Origin: Sediminibacterium sp.
GTDB taxonomy: Bacteria > Bacteroidota > Bacteroidia > Chitinophagales > Chitinophagaceae
Assembly (NCBI GenBank): GCA_965229175.1
Contig: CBDDIT010000045.1
Span: 25,742 to 89,741, forward strand
Direction: 5' to 3'
Length of the DNA: 64,000 nt
Of this stretch, positions 48,001-54,900 are shown piece by piece; the stretch's first letter is position 1; every line of letters starts with the position of its first letter. Below the pieces are notes generated by a model. That model had not been told where the DNA came from. It made no database searches and saw nothing but the letters and a program-made list of their open reading frames with translations. Position numbers and translations under genes: made by a program.

Positions 48001-51000
48001 GTAGCGGACAGCGTAAAGTCGGCATCACCAAGTGTCTTCGTGATATCTGCCAGTGCAAGTGTTGGTGTGAGTTTACCTACCGTTACTGTAGCGGTCGCGC
48101 TGAAGGCATTGAAGTTCGTTGTCTCTGCTACGCTTACTGTAATAGTCACGGTTCCGCCACCTACTACTACTCCTGTATTAGTACCCGATATCGATACCAC
48201 AGCGGCATCGCTACTACTGTAAGTAATCGCTCCTCCATAATAATTCGTGGTAGCTGACAGCGTAAAGTCGGCATCACCAAATGTCTTCGTGATATCTGCC
48301 AGTGCCAGTGTTGGTGTTAACTTACCTACCGTTACAATGGCAGTAGTGCTATAAGCATTGAAGTTCGTTGTCTCTGCTACGCTTACTGTAATAGTCACGG
48401 TTCCGCCACCTACTACTACTCCTGTATTAGTACCCGATATCGATACCACAGCGGCATCACTGCTACTGTAAGTGATCGCTCCTCCATAGTAATTCGTGGT
48501 AGCTGACAGCGTAAAGTCGGCATCACCAAATGTCTTCGTAATGTTGGCAAAGTTAAGTGTTGGGGTAGCCCTGCCTACGGTAGCAGTTGCTGTTGCACTC
48601 AACGCATTAAAGTTAGCTGTCTCTGCCAGGTAGATCGTAATGTCTGCTGTTCCGCCACCCTTCACTTCTCCCGTTGATGTGCCGGAGATATTTATTACAG
48701 ATGGGTTACTGCTGGTGTAAGTAATCGCACCTCCGTAGTAGTTCGTAGTAGCCGTCAGTGCGAAGTCTGCTTCGCCAAAGGTCTTCGTAATGTTGGCAAA
48801 GTTAAGTGTTGGGGTAGCCCTGCCTACGGTAGCAGTTGCTGTTGCACTCAACGCATTAAAGTTAGCTGTCTCTGCCAGGTAGATCGTAATGTCTGCTGTT
48901 CCGCCACCCTTCACTTCTCCCGTTGATGTGCCGGAGATATTTATTACAGATGGGTTACTGCTGGTGTAAGTAATCGCACCTCCATAGTAGTTCGTAGTAG
49001 CCGTCAGTGCAAAGTCTGCTTCGCCAAAGGTCTTCGTAATGTTGGCAAAGTTAAGTGTTGGGGTAGCCCTGCTCACTATCGCAGTAGTGGTAGCACTAAA
49101 GCTTGGGAAATTAGCCGTTTCGGCCACATTTACCGTTATTGTAGCTGTTCCGCCGCCTGCCACTGTTGCAGTTGTTCCATTGATTGAAATTACATTCGGG
49201 TCAGAACTGCTGTAAGTAATAGGGCCACCGAAATAATTGGTTGTTGCAGATAGTGTAAAGCTACCGTCTCCAAACGTTTTGCTGATAGGAGCCAGCGATA
49301 ACTCGGGGGTAGTTCTTTTAACATCTACCGTTGTGGTTGCACTAACAGACACATACCTTGCCGTTGGAGAGAGGGTTGCGGTAACTATTGCTGTACCACC
49401 ACCTACAATTGTTACCTGTGATCCATTGATAGAAATTACAGAAGCATCTGGTGATGTATAGGTGATAGCACCATTAGAAGTAGTTACCGTTTTGGGGGTT
49501 AATGAGAAAGGACCATCCCCATACACTACAGTAGAAGGGCTAAGTGTTAGGACTGGCGTGGCCTGCAATATAGTAATATTAGCTGTTGCTGATGCCGCCA
49601 CAAAATTGGCTGTTGCATCTACATATGCCGTGATACTGGCTGCTCCCCCGTCCAGTATGCTGGCTATGTTAGGACTTACGATCTTTACAATAGCTGGAGC
49701 ACTGCTGGTATAGTGTATGGTGGCATCGGATGTTGTGATACCATTCAACACAAAATCTGCATCCTCATACCGTTTGGTCATATTGGCCAGGCTGATAGAA
49801 GGCACCCCTTGCGATACGATGATGGTATTGCTGATATCCGGCGCCTGGTTATAGAAAGTATTACCTGCCTGGCTGGCTGTGATCAATACAGAACCCGTTC
49901 CGGTTATGTTTAGAATACCAGTATTGTTATCTACTACACCTGGGCCACTCTGAACGCTATAGGTTACAGAAAGACCAGAAGTGGCTACACCAGTAAGCGT
50001 AATAGTTAATCCGGTTTGATACAAAACCGTTCCGGGTAACGCTGTTGTATAACTGATACTCTGCTGATCCTTCACTACATCAAAGGATGAGGTTTTTGTG
50101 ATGGCGTTAAAATTCTCATTACCCGCCTGGGCATAGATAATTTCAATGATACCGGTTGTGGATGTACTCTTTAAACCCGTTCCGTTCACCAGTTCGGCAG
50201 GACTGCCATCGCCGAGAGAAATAACCACAGGTAACCCGGATGTAGAGGTTGCGGTTAACGGTATTTCCTGGTTAACAAAATCCTTCAGCTTATAAGGCGA
50301 GGTAGGTAGCCCGCTCAGGGTTAGCGACTGGTTCGCTTTGCTAATGTCAACAGTGGCGGTAGCGGAAGCCGACATAAAATTACCCGTTGCCGGCACGGTA
50401 GCTATCACCTGCACTGTTCCCGCCCCCTTGATAGTAGCTGTTTTACCGTTTATTTCCAGCAAGGCAGGGTTGCTACTTACATACCCGATTGTACCATCAG
50501 AAGTAGTGGTAGCCGTAAGATCAAATGATCCCTCTCCATAGGTTTTACTAAAACTATTGAAAGTAACACTGGCGGTTGCCTGGGTTACCGTTACCTGCGC
50601 GGTGGCTGAAGTTGCATAATAACCCGCGGTGGCAGCTACGTTCGCAGTAATAGTGGCGGTTCCTCCTTTATCCAGGGTAACAATATTTCCATCAACAGAA
50701 GCTACCTGGCTATTGCTGCTTGTAAACGTAACAGTTCCGTCCGGTACCGGTGATACACTGACCAGGTAGGTAAACGGTGCCGTACCGTACTTGGCTGTAA
50801 TAGAAGATGGCTCAATATTCACCGTTGGCGTGGCCTTAAGAACGGTAACGTTAGCTGTTACAGAGAACGCCTGGAAATTGCTGGTTGCCGCCTGCGTTAC
50901 AGTTACCTGCGCAGTGCCTGCTGCATTCATAGACGCAGTGGCATTCGATTGGCCAGAAAGAACAATAACACCGGTATTTCCGCTTTCATAGTTCAGCGCT

Positions 51001-51935
51001 CCATCTGAGTTGGTAGTAGCAGACAAAACAAAAGAACCAGTACCGTAGGTTTTGGTAATATCGGCAAGACCCAGTTGTGGCACGGCTTTCTCTACCGTAA
51101 TAGTGGTTGTGATAGATCTAGCTATATAATTAGCCGTTTCGGGCATGACCAGTGTAATAACGGCAGTACCTGTATTATGTACATTAGCTACAGCTGTTTG
51201 GTTGCTGGTAGCTCCAATACTAATTACATCGGTATTATCACTTGAAAAGCTGATAGGATTTGCTGAATTAACAGCAGGCGTTAACGTAAATGGCGCATCT
51301 CCGTATGCTTTGGTGATATCAGCCAGCGATAAGGTTGGCGTAGCTTTTACAACAACAGCACTAGCCGTTATGGTTAACGGCCCGAAATCCGCTGAAGCAG
51401 CCAACGAAACAGTAATGGTTGCCGTACCGGCACCTGCTACCGTAGCGGTTGTTCCACTAATACTTATGACACTGGTATTACTGCTGCTGTACACGATTGC
51501 CCCGGGTGAATTGGTAGTAGCAGATAATACAAAAGTACCATCCCCATATACCTTGGTAATATTGACCAATGACAAGGTAGGATTAAAAACATTTCTATAC
51601 GCATACAGAAGGCTATTGCCCGTACCTGCGCTGATGATCTCTGTGCGCCCATCTCCATCTATATCGGCTGCCTCAATAAATCCGGTGCCACTTCCGGTAA
51701 ACGTTGCCTGGGTTACGAATGATGCGGCCGTTACAGCGGCCCCCGTTACTGCCTGGCTACGTAAGAAATATACTAGGCCATTCGTATTATCTGAATAGGC
51801 TATATCTGCTTTACCATCCCCATCCAGGTCCGAAGCTACCAGATCATAAGGAACGCCCGGTACGGTACCCAAAGATACGTGCGCCTGGAAACTGGCCTGA
51901 CTAAGTGAACCCGGAACAGCTATATTACGGAACAC
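39072..51935 (-). CDS. C-terminal portion of a giant T9SS adhesin: 2 FG-GAP blades, about 45 Ig-like (BIG2/MBG-like) units, a PKD-like domain and a type-B T9SS C-terminal sorting domain
   Basis: The ORF is 4287 aa and has no signal peptide. The N-terminus has the FG-GAP blades SDLDGDGKADIA and ADIDGDGRTEII. Then 39 units of 80-85 aa follow, of the form ..ITKVYGDAPFTLSATTNSDGAISY.SSNPSVVSISGNTATVVGAGTATITA.VAATANY.AAS.TATVTV, plus three ~180-aa bipartite inserts. The PKD-like segment (FTYSVSCVSKAGTFTST...NYQVKLVA) is at ~39590-39840. The CTD (YVYAPNSFSPNGDGINDLF...KGWDGRYNGVPVPVGTYIWVV) is at ~39075-39350. The called GTG start at 51935 is probably not a real start; see the poly-G finding. Confidence 0.85.
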   Translation of the reverse strand: MFRNIAVPGSLSQASFQAHVSLGTVPGVPYDLVASDLDGDGKADIAYSDNTNGLVYFLRSQAVTGAAVTAASFVTQATFTGSGTGFIEAADIDGDGRTEIISAGTGNSLLYAYRNVFNPTLSLVNITKVYGDGTFVLSATTNSPGAIVYSSSNTSVISISGTTATVAGAGTATITVSLAASADFGPLTITASAVVVKATPTLSLADITKAYGDAPFTLTPAVNSANPISFSSDNTDVISIGATSNQTAVANVHNTGTAVITLVMPETANYIARSITTTITVEKAVPQLGLADITKTYGTGSFVLSATTNSDGALNYESGNTGVIVLSGQSNATASMNAAGTAQVTVTQAATSNFQAFSVTANVTVLKATPTVNIEPSSITAKYGTAPFTYLVSVSPVPDGTVTFTSSNSQVASVDGNIVTLDKGGTATITANVAATAGYYATSATAQVTVTQATASVTFNSFSKTYGEGSFDLTATTTSDGTIGYVSSNPALLEINGKTATIKGAGTVQVIATVPATGNFMSASATATVDISKANQSLTLSGLPTSPYKLKDFVNQEIPLTATSTSGLPVVISLGDGSPAELVNGTGLKSTSTTGIIEIIYAQAGNENFNAITKTSSFDVVKDQQSISYTTALPGTVLYQTGLTITLTGVATSGLSVTYSVQSGPGVVDNNTGILNITGTGSVLITASQAGNTFYNQAPDISNTIIVSQGVPSISLANMTKRYEDADFVLNGITTSDATIHYTSSAPAIVKIVSPNIASILDGGAASITAYVDATANFVAASATANITILQATPVLTLSPSTVVYGDGPFSLTPKTVTTSNGAITYTSPDASVISINGSQVTIVGGGTAIVTATLSPTARYVSVSATTTVDVKRTTPELSLAPISKTFGDGSFTLSATTNYFGGPITYSSSDPNVISINGTTATVAGGGTATITVNVAETANFPSFSATTTAIVSRATPTLNFANITKTFGEADFALTATTNYYGGAITYTSSNPSVINISGTSTGEVKGGGTADITIYLAETANFNALSATATATVGRATPTLNFANITKTFGEADFALTATTNYYGGAITYTSSNPSVINISGTSTGEVKGGGTADITIYLAETANFNALSATATATVGRATPTLNFANITKTFGDADFTLSATTNYYGGAITYSSSDAAVVSISGTNTGVVVGGGTVTITVSVAETTNFNAYSTTAIVTVGKLTPTLALADITKTFGDADFTLSATTNYYGGAITYSSSDAAVVSISGTNTGVVVGGGTVTITVSVAETTNFNAFSATATVTVGKLTPTLALADITKTLGDADFTLSATTNYYGGAITYSSSDAAVVSISGTNTGVVVGGGTASITIQVAETVNFNAFSVTASAIVGKITPTLSLAPISKSFADQPFTLSATTNYYRGTIIYTSDNTSVVSISGTNTAVVHGVGTATITITVAETADYFAYSTTATVRVGKVIPTLSLAPISKVFGDQPFTLSATTNYYGGELMYSSDNTAVIAISGTTTAVVKGAGTATITVSVGETAYFAAASATTSVSVSTASSTISLGDISKVYGDASFTLSATTNSNGLISYTTDAPGVLSISGNQVTIIGAGTAHVTASVAATANFAAASVTASVYVSPATGSITISPASIVANYGVAPLTYTLSSVVNSDGVVSYASSNPAVISVVGTTATVMGSGVATITASVSATANYTAASATASVTVTSGSTTISFSNINKVYGDGSFTLNAVSNSGGAITYFSADPSIISVSGNTATILKAGTVTLTAEVAATPQYGAATATAIAVVSKATQVLSLSGLPDSGVPLSTYLNVPIQLAGSSTAGLSVTLSLGAGSPATLSVDDRLTLTAATGTLTVIYSQPGNENYNAASGSLTVDVTRSNQAISFVPALPSSVGYQPGLTLSLTGSASSGLTVTYTVQSGSASVSGNVLTVLGGGTVILTADQSGDNVYNAAPTQWHTINVTRAAVSIEHNNISKVYGDGSFVLSATTNSDGVVEYVSSDPLVLSVSGNIATVVGAGNAILTVSVPATANYVAASTTANVSVSVATGTLSVSPSSISTVFALTGAGTVYTFSSTSNSNGVVSYSSSDPSVIAVVGTTATVKGAGTATITASVAATANYTAASATVSVVVSRASATVTLAPMSKTYGDASFTLGGTTNSDAGITYSSSNPLVVSVSGNTATVVGAGTAVITASVTQTTNYTAATTTANVTVDKASATIHLNDISKVYGDAAFTLSATTNNPAGVITYSSDAPSVVSISGNTATIHSGGVATITATVAASANYYAASTTATVTVAAATPNINMAAISKVYGSAPFTLSATTNSDGAISYVSADPYVLGINGNTATVTGGGSTTVKVMVAATANFAAASVTVAVTVSTVTTTISITPAVTNIIFTGAPQSYTLTATTNSDGAVTYASSDPSVVSISGNTATVKAAGHATITATVAATANFIAASSTASVSVSTASSTISLANISKQYGDAPFTLSAVTNADGLVTYTSSNAGVVTISGNSATVTGAGSAIITATVAATANFAAASTTATVTVSKQTPTLTITPTSINAVNGAAPLTYTLNYSTNSNGIVSFASSNTSVALVSGNTVSIVGAGSATITATVAATTNFAASSATATVTASKEMPVINFANISRTYGDADFTLKAITNSDGAITYTSSDPSILSITGSQATIHKAGTVHVTADIAATTNFAAVSATSTVVISKAKQVLTLAGIDVYPLSYLYFTNEKLALSATSTSGLAVTLTLGAFTTSGVADLTGNLLSILADSGNVNVELSQAGDDNYEPAGSSVNWNIQGDNQRIVYTTDLPATVVYEPGKTIALTAQSTLENNGSNNFPITYSVSGPGVITGNTLLITAAGTIIVTANQAGDPGLFINPAPSLQKIITVTRAVPTITADDIAKTFGDAPFTLTATTNSDGDISYVPENSLSKSVVVINDNTATVTGAGSTHITVNVAETNNYLAGSATLIMLVLKSPATLSIAPAAINTVYGSGTMSYTLTSTTASDGVVSYSSSNTSVVRINGNIATVVGAGSAIITASVPATRNYQAASSQVTVNVSKLAASISNFHPLSKTYGDPDFLLGATTNSDATITYTSSDPSVISISGNRASVVSGGSAIITASVAQTANYGAASATANITVNSNTPTLSLANVSKVYGDAQFILAAVTNSNGAISYVSDDPSVISIVANKATIRSGGTAHITATVAATANFVSVTTTATITVSAALPTLSMADITRAYGSGSFVLSAATNSDGLVTYTSSNPAVLSINTTAATVGVAGTATITVQVAGTANFAAVSATAMVTVYAATPTITLTPTSITAVYGVSPMTYTLSATALSGGAITYVSSNPSVVSISGNIATITGGGSAIITATVAATANFTANSVTAAVVVSAGAGTITLADITKVYGDAPFTLSAVTNSGGAITYTSSNPSVIAVNGNTATVVGAGNATITANVAATTSYSSASIAAMVRVSAASGTITLGNLNKVYGDVPFTLSATTNSGGAISYISSDPSVVSITGETVTIVGAGTATISANLAATNNYTAATTTATVTVSPSNGTIAMGNLNKVYGDVPFTLSATTNSGGAISYISNDPSVVSITGQTATIVGAGTATITANLAATTNYTGATTTATIKVGAATSTVVMGNINKVYGDAPFTLSAVTSSNGPISYVSSDAAILSINGNTATIQGAGSAVITVNVAATAGYPAMSATATVTVAKATPVMSFSNTSKVFGNAPFVPGVSTNSPGTLRFASNNLSVVSFVDSMAFINGGGQATVTVTVAETANFMPYTITATITVLQAPATIAMTNLNKSYGDAPFALTSTTNSDGAVVYESSNAAIVTISGNTATITGAGTATITARVPATANFLAASTTVSLFVEDFNPAASSDKIMGPDYICLGSQANYTDSLSISGGTWSSSNSSIISISASGVATALTAGTAVINYTIKVGSRVIVMSKSVTVQALPSVSITSVTNRICTGTDLILQASNTGLISYTWYRDGAVIAAGTNNLNSFSTQLPGTYTLSVADANRCSVEATNSITLTTISKPAPDFTYSVSCVSKAGTFTSTTVSNDPLPVNYSWSVDNSLVSNSQSFNYQFAGTGNYQVKLVASIAGCDAAKDSVTKSVIVADPVPAEKTVVNVLKNTATQLSARNIGVSYTWYPSKYLDDSTIVNPVITADTGIVYTIKIVQASGCQTIDTLQVIAFSEDKGYVYAPNSFSPNGDGINDLFLLNTVSIKTLNRFIIYNQYHQVMFETSDVNKGWDGRYNGVPVPVGTYIWVVQAVTTDGKTVVRSGAVNIIK
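41040..41525 (-). repeat. Two adjacent 243-nt units with high nucleotide identity
   Basis: Compare 41107-41280 with 41350-41523, offset 243 nt. Long identical runs include cctgttatgcttaccacagacggatca and gatatagctgatggcaccgcc. The encoded units are GNLNKVYGDVPFTLSATTNSGGAISYIS(S/N)DPSVVSITG(E/Q)T. Confidence 0.75.
47328..49316 (-). repeat. Block of eight 249-nt (83-aa) NYYGG-type units that includes near-identical tandem copies
   Basis: Anchor gtcttcgtaatgttggcaaag recurs at 48532, 48781 and 49030. Anchor gtcttcgtgatatctgcc recurs at 48034 and 48283. The period is exactly 249 nt. Copies 48532-48780 and 48781-49029 differ at only 2 positions that I could find (48725 g/a and 48762 g/a). Confidence 0.85.
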
Positions 51936-54900
51936 AAATACTTGAGATGGTGCCCCCCCCCCCCAATGGCCAGGTCAATTTTACCATCGCCATCAAAGTC
52001 ACCTGAAGTGATCACCCTTGCACCTACACCGTTGGCAACATACGTAACGCGATTTGTAAATGTAATACCTCCAATTCCGTTTGACGTATTTCTATACAAA
52101 TAAATAGTTTGACTAGTAGTGCAAGCTGCCAGATCCAATTTACCATCCCCATCAAAATCATTAATCGTAAACCGCTTTCCGGACTGGATTCCCTTGGCAT
52201 CTGAAAGAAGGTACCTGGACCTAAATGAAAGGGACCCTACATCCGTAGATGAGTTAAGATAAACAGAGATGCCGGAACTGCCCATAGTTACCAGGTCAAT
52301 TTTACCATCACTATCAAAATCACCTGCTCCCGCCTGTTCTGCATTGTTCAAAAGCGTAACTGTGAATGCTGATGCAAAACTGCCTGCTGTAATACTTCCG
52401 CTGGTGGCGGTATTGAGGTACACCGTTGCCAATGCACTGCCTGTATTGGTAACCGCAATATCTAATTTTCCGTTCCCGTCAAAATCGGCTACCAGAACAC
52501 TGGTAGCAGGTGTGGCAGACAGGGTAACCGGTGCATCGTAACTAGTGGTGCTGATACTACCCTTTGTAGCAGTATTGCGTAATACCGCTACACCGCCATC
52601 CGTTGCGGTTACTATATCTATTTTACCGTCGCCGTCAATATCTCCATAAGCCACGGCTCTCGCAGTGCCGGGTAAGGTAAAATCTACTTTTGACAGGAAA
52701 CTCGTATTGCCATTACTGCCCCCGGCATAAGTAACGGCAAAGGAGGTTGCACTATAGGCTGTATATCCTGCGCTGATATCCGTTACACTAATATCTTTAT
52801 AGGCAGTTCCGTACGGTACATTTACCGTTAAGCTACTGGTGGTACCCGTTACAACCTGGGCTTTTACAGGGCCAAAGTAAACGGCATTATTGCCTGGCGT
52901 TGCATTAAAACCCGACCCGTTTATAATAACGCTTGTGCCAATGGTACCGGTTACCGGTGTGATGGTGCTGATAGATAATACGGGCTTGTTTCTAAAGACG
53001 GCAACCCCCATGGCATCTCCATTACCCACCACTATATCCAGCTTGCCATCATTATCAAAATCGGCCAATCCAATACCGTAAGGGTCGGATGAGTTAATGC
53101 TTTTAAATAGTTGCATTGGGCTAAAACTGGCCGCTGTAATACTGGCATTTGCGCTATTTGTGTTTCTTAATATAACAATACCTTGATTAGTCGGGTCTGC
53201 CGCCACAATATCTACCTTACCATCACCATCATAATCACCTACTGCTACTGATACCGGCGACGCAGATGAGAAAATGACTACCGCTGTACCAAAGCTGCCG
53301 GTAGTAAAACTACCCGTACTGGAATTATTTTGAAGTATCGCTACACCAGCATACCCAATACTCCCATAATAACTAGCAGCTACCAGATCCGGCTTGCCAT
53401 CTCCATTAACATCTGCACTTGCTAAACTGTTTGGACCACCAAGGTCAGATGTATCTAGTCTTACAGCAGCATCGAAAGACATCGTTCCGCTACTGGTATT
53501 ACGTAACAAGTATATGAAATCGCCCGTGCCGAGCGGACCGCCAGCAACAGCAATGTCTAGTTTACCATCGCCATTCAGGTCAGCGGCTATCATACTAACA
53601 GGACTACGATTATACAAATAACTGCCAATGTAAAAATCTGATTTTACTGCGAAGCTCAGGCCTGTCAGGGATGATTGGTTAAGGAATACAGAAACTGTTT
53701 CGGTATTGTCAAGGTTACTACCCATATTACACAACGCAATATCGGTTTTCCCATCCCCATCAAAATCACCTGAGGTTATAGCGCATGGATTTGCACGGGT
53801 AATTAGTACCAGCTGCGTGGCAAAACTAATAGACCCGGAAGAAGAAGTATTCAGGTATACGGATACTGTATTATCGCCTTTGTTGGTTACCGCGATATCC
53901 AGCTTTCCATCGCCATTATAATCAGCTACCGTAACACCAGTAGGATTATTACCTGCTGCAAAGCTTAGCGCAGCCGCAAAACTGCTGCTGTTAATGGACC
54001 CGGTAGTGGCTGTATTTCTCCAAACCGATATACTATTCCCCCCTGTTCCATTCGCGGCTACTATATCTACCTTTCCATCACCATCAAAATCCCCATACGC
54101 TACATCTTTACTGCCGACCGAGGAGAATAATACAGGACTGGCAAAAGTGGTGTTACCCGCATCGCCACCACTATAGGTAACATTATAGGCAATACTGGTA
54201 AATGCTGTATACCCGGTGTTAATGTCGGTTACCGTAATATTCTGGTAACTGGTTCCGTAAGGCGCTGTAACCGTTAGCGTATTTATACTGGCTGCTGTTA
54301 CCGTGGCAGCAGTGGCGCCAAAGAAAACACGGTTATTAGCAGCAGTGGTATTAAAATTATTACCATTAATAGTAACGTTACCCAATACCGGCCCCGCAAT
54401 AGGGGTAACGGAAGTTATGCTCATCACCAGCCTGTTACGCAATACAGACACGGAGGATAGCAAATTATTGGATGCTACCAGGTCCTGTCTGCCATCTCCA
54501 TCTATATCCGCAAATGCTACTGTATAATTTGAGGTTCCTGTGTAAGCGTAGGCGGTTGCAAAACTGGCGGTGGTTAGTGATGTGCCCGGTGTTTGATGGG
54601 TATTGCGTAATAAAAAAGCCCCGGCCCATGCGTTGTTCAAAGCCAAGTCTGTTTTACCATCCCCATCATAGTCGCCTGCCACAATTGCTACGCCGCCATT
54701 TGCTATTGAAATACCTATGCCACTATCGAAGCTAAGTGTGCCTGCTACGGTATTGGTATTGGTAACCAGTGATACCTTGCCATAGGAAGATGCGGCAATG
54801 TCTGGCAAACCATCCTGGTTAAAATCGCCTACTGTAATACCAGAAAAAGCTTCTGAAGAACCCAATACATATTCGCCTCCAACAAACCGAATGGAACCAT

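Larger units (their letters stand above)
40334..51584 (-). repeat. Array of about 45 tandem Ig-like coding units (240-255 nt each)
   Basis: I counted the units from the translated sequence. Unit 1 starts at NPTLSLVNITKVYGDG (51584) and the last unit ends at ..STTVSLFVE (40334). Bipartite divergent inserts lie at 49806-50339, 46059-46586 and 43278-43832. Confidence 0.8.

Noticed and set aside
51935-51935. Treating the GTG at 51935 as the genuine start of an independent 4287-aa gene.
   Set aside because: There is no signal peptide after it, and the residues flanking it fit the FG-GAP blade consensus in the shifted frame. The blade count (5+2=7) and the module length show that the sequence continues the upstream propeller.
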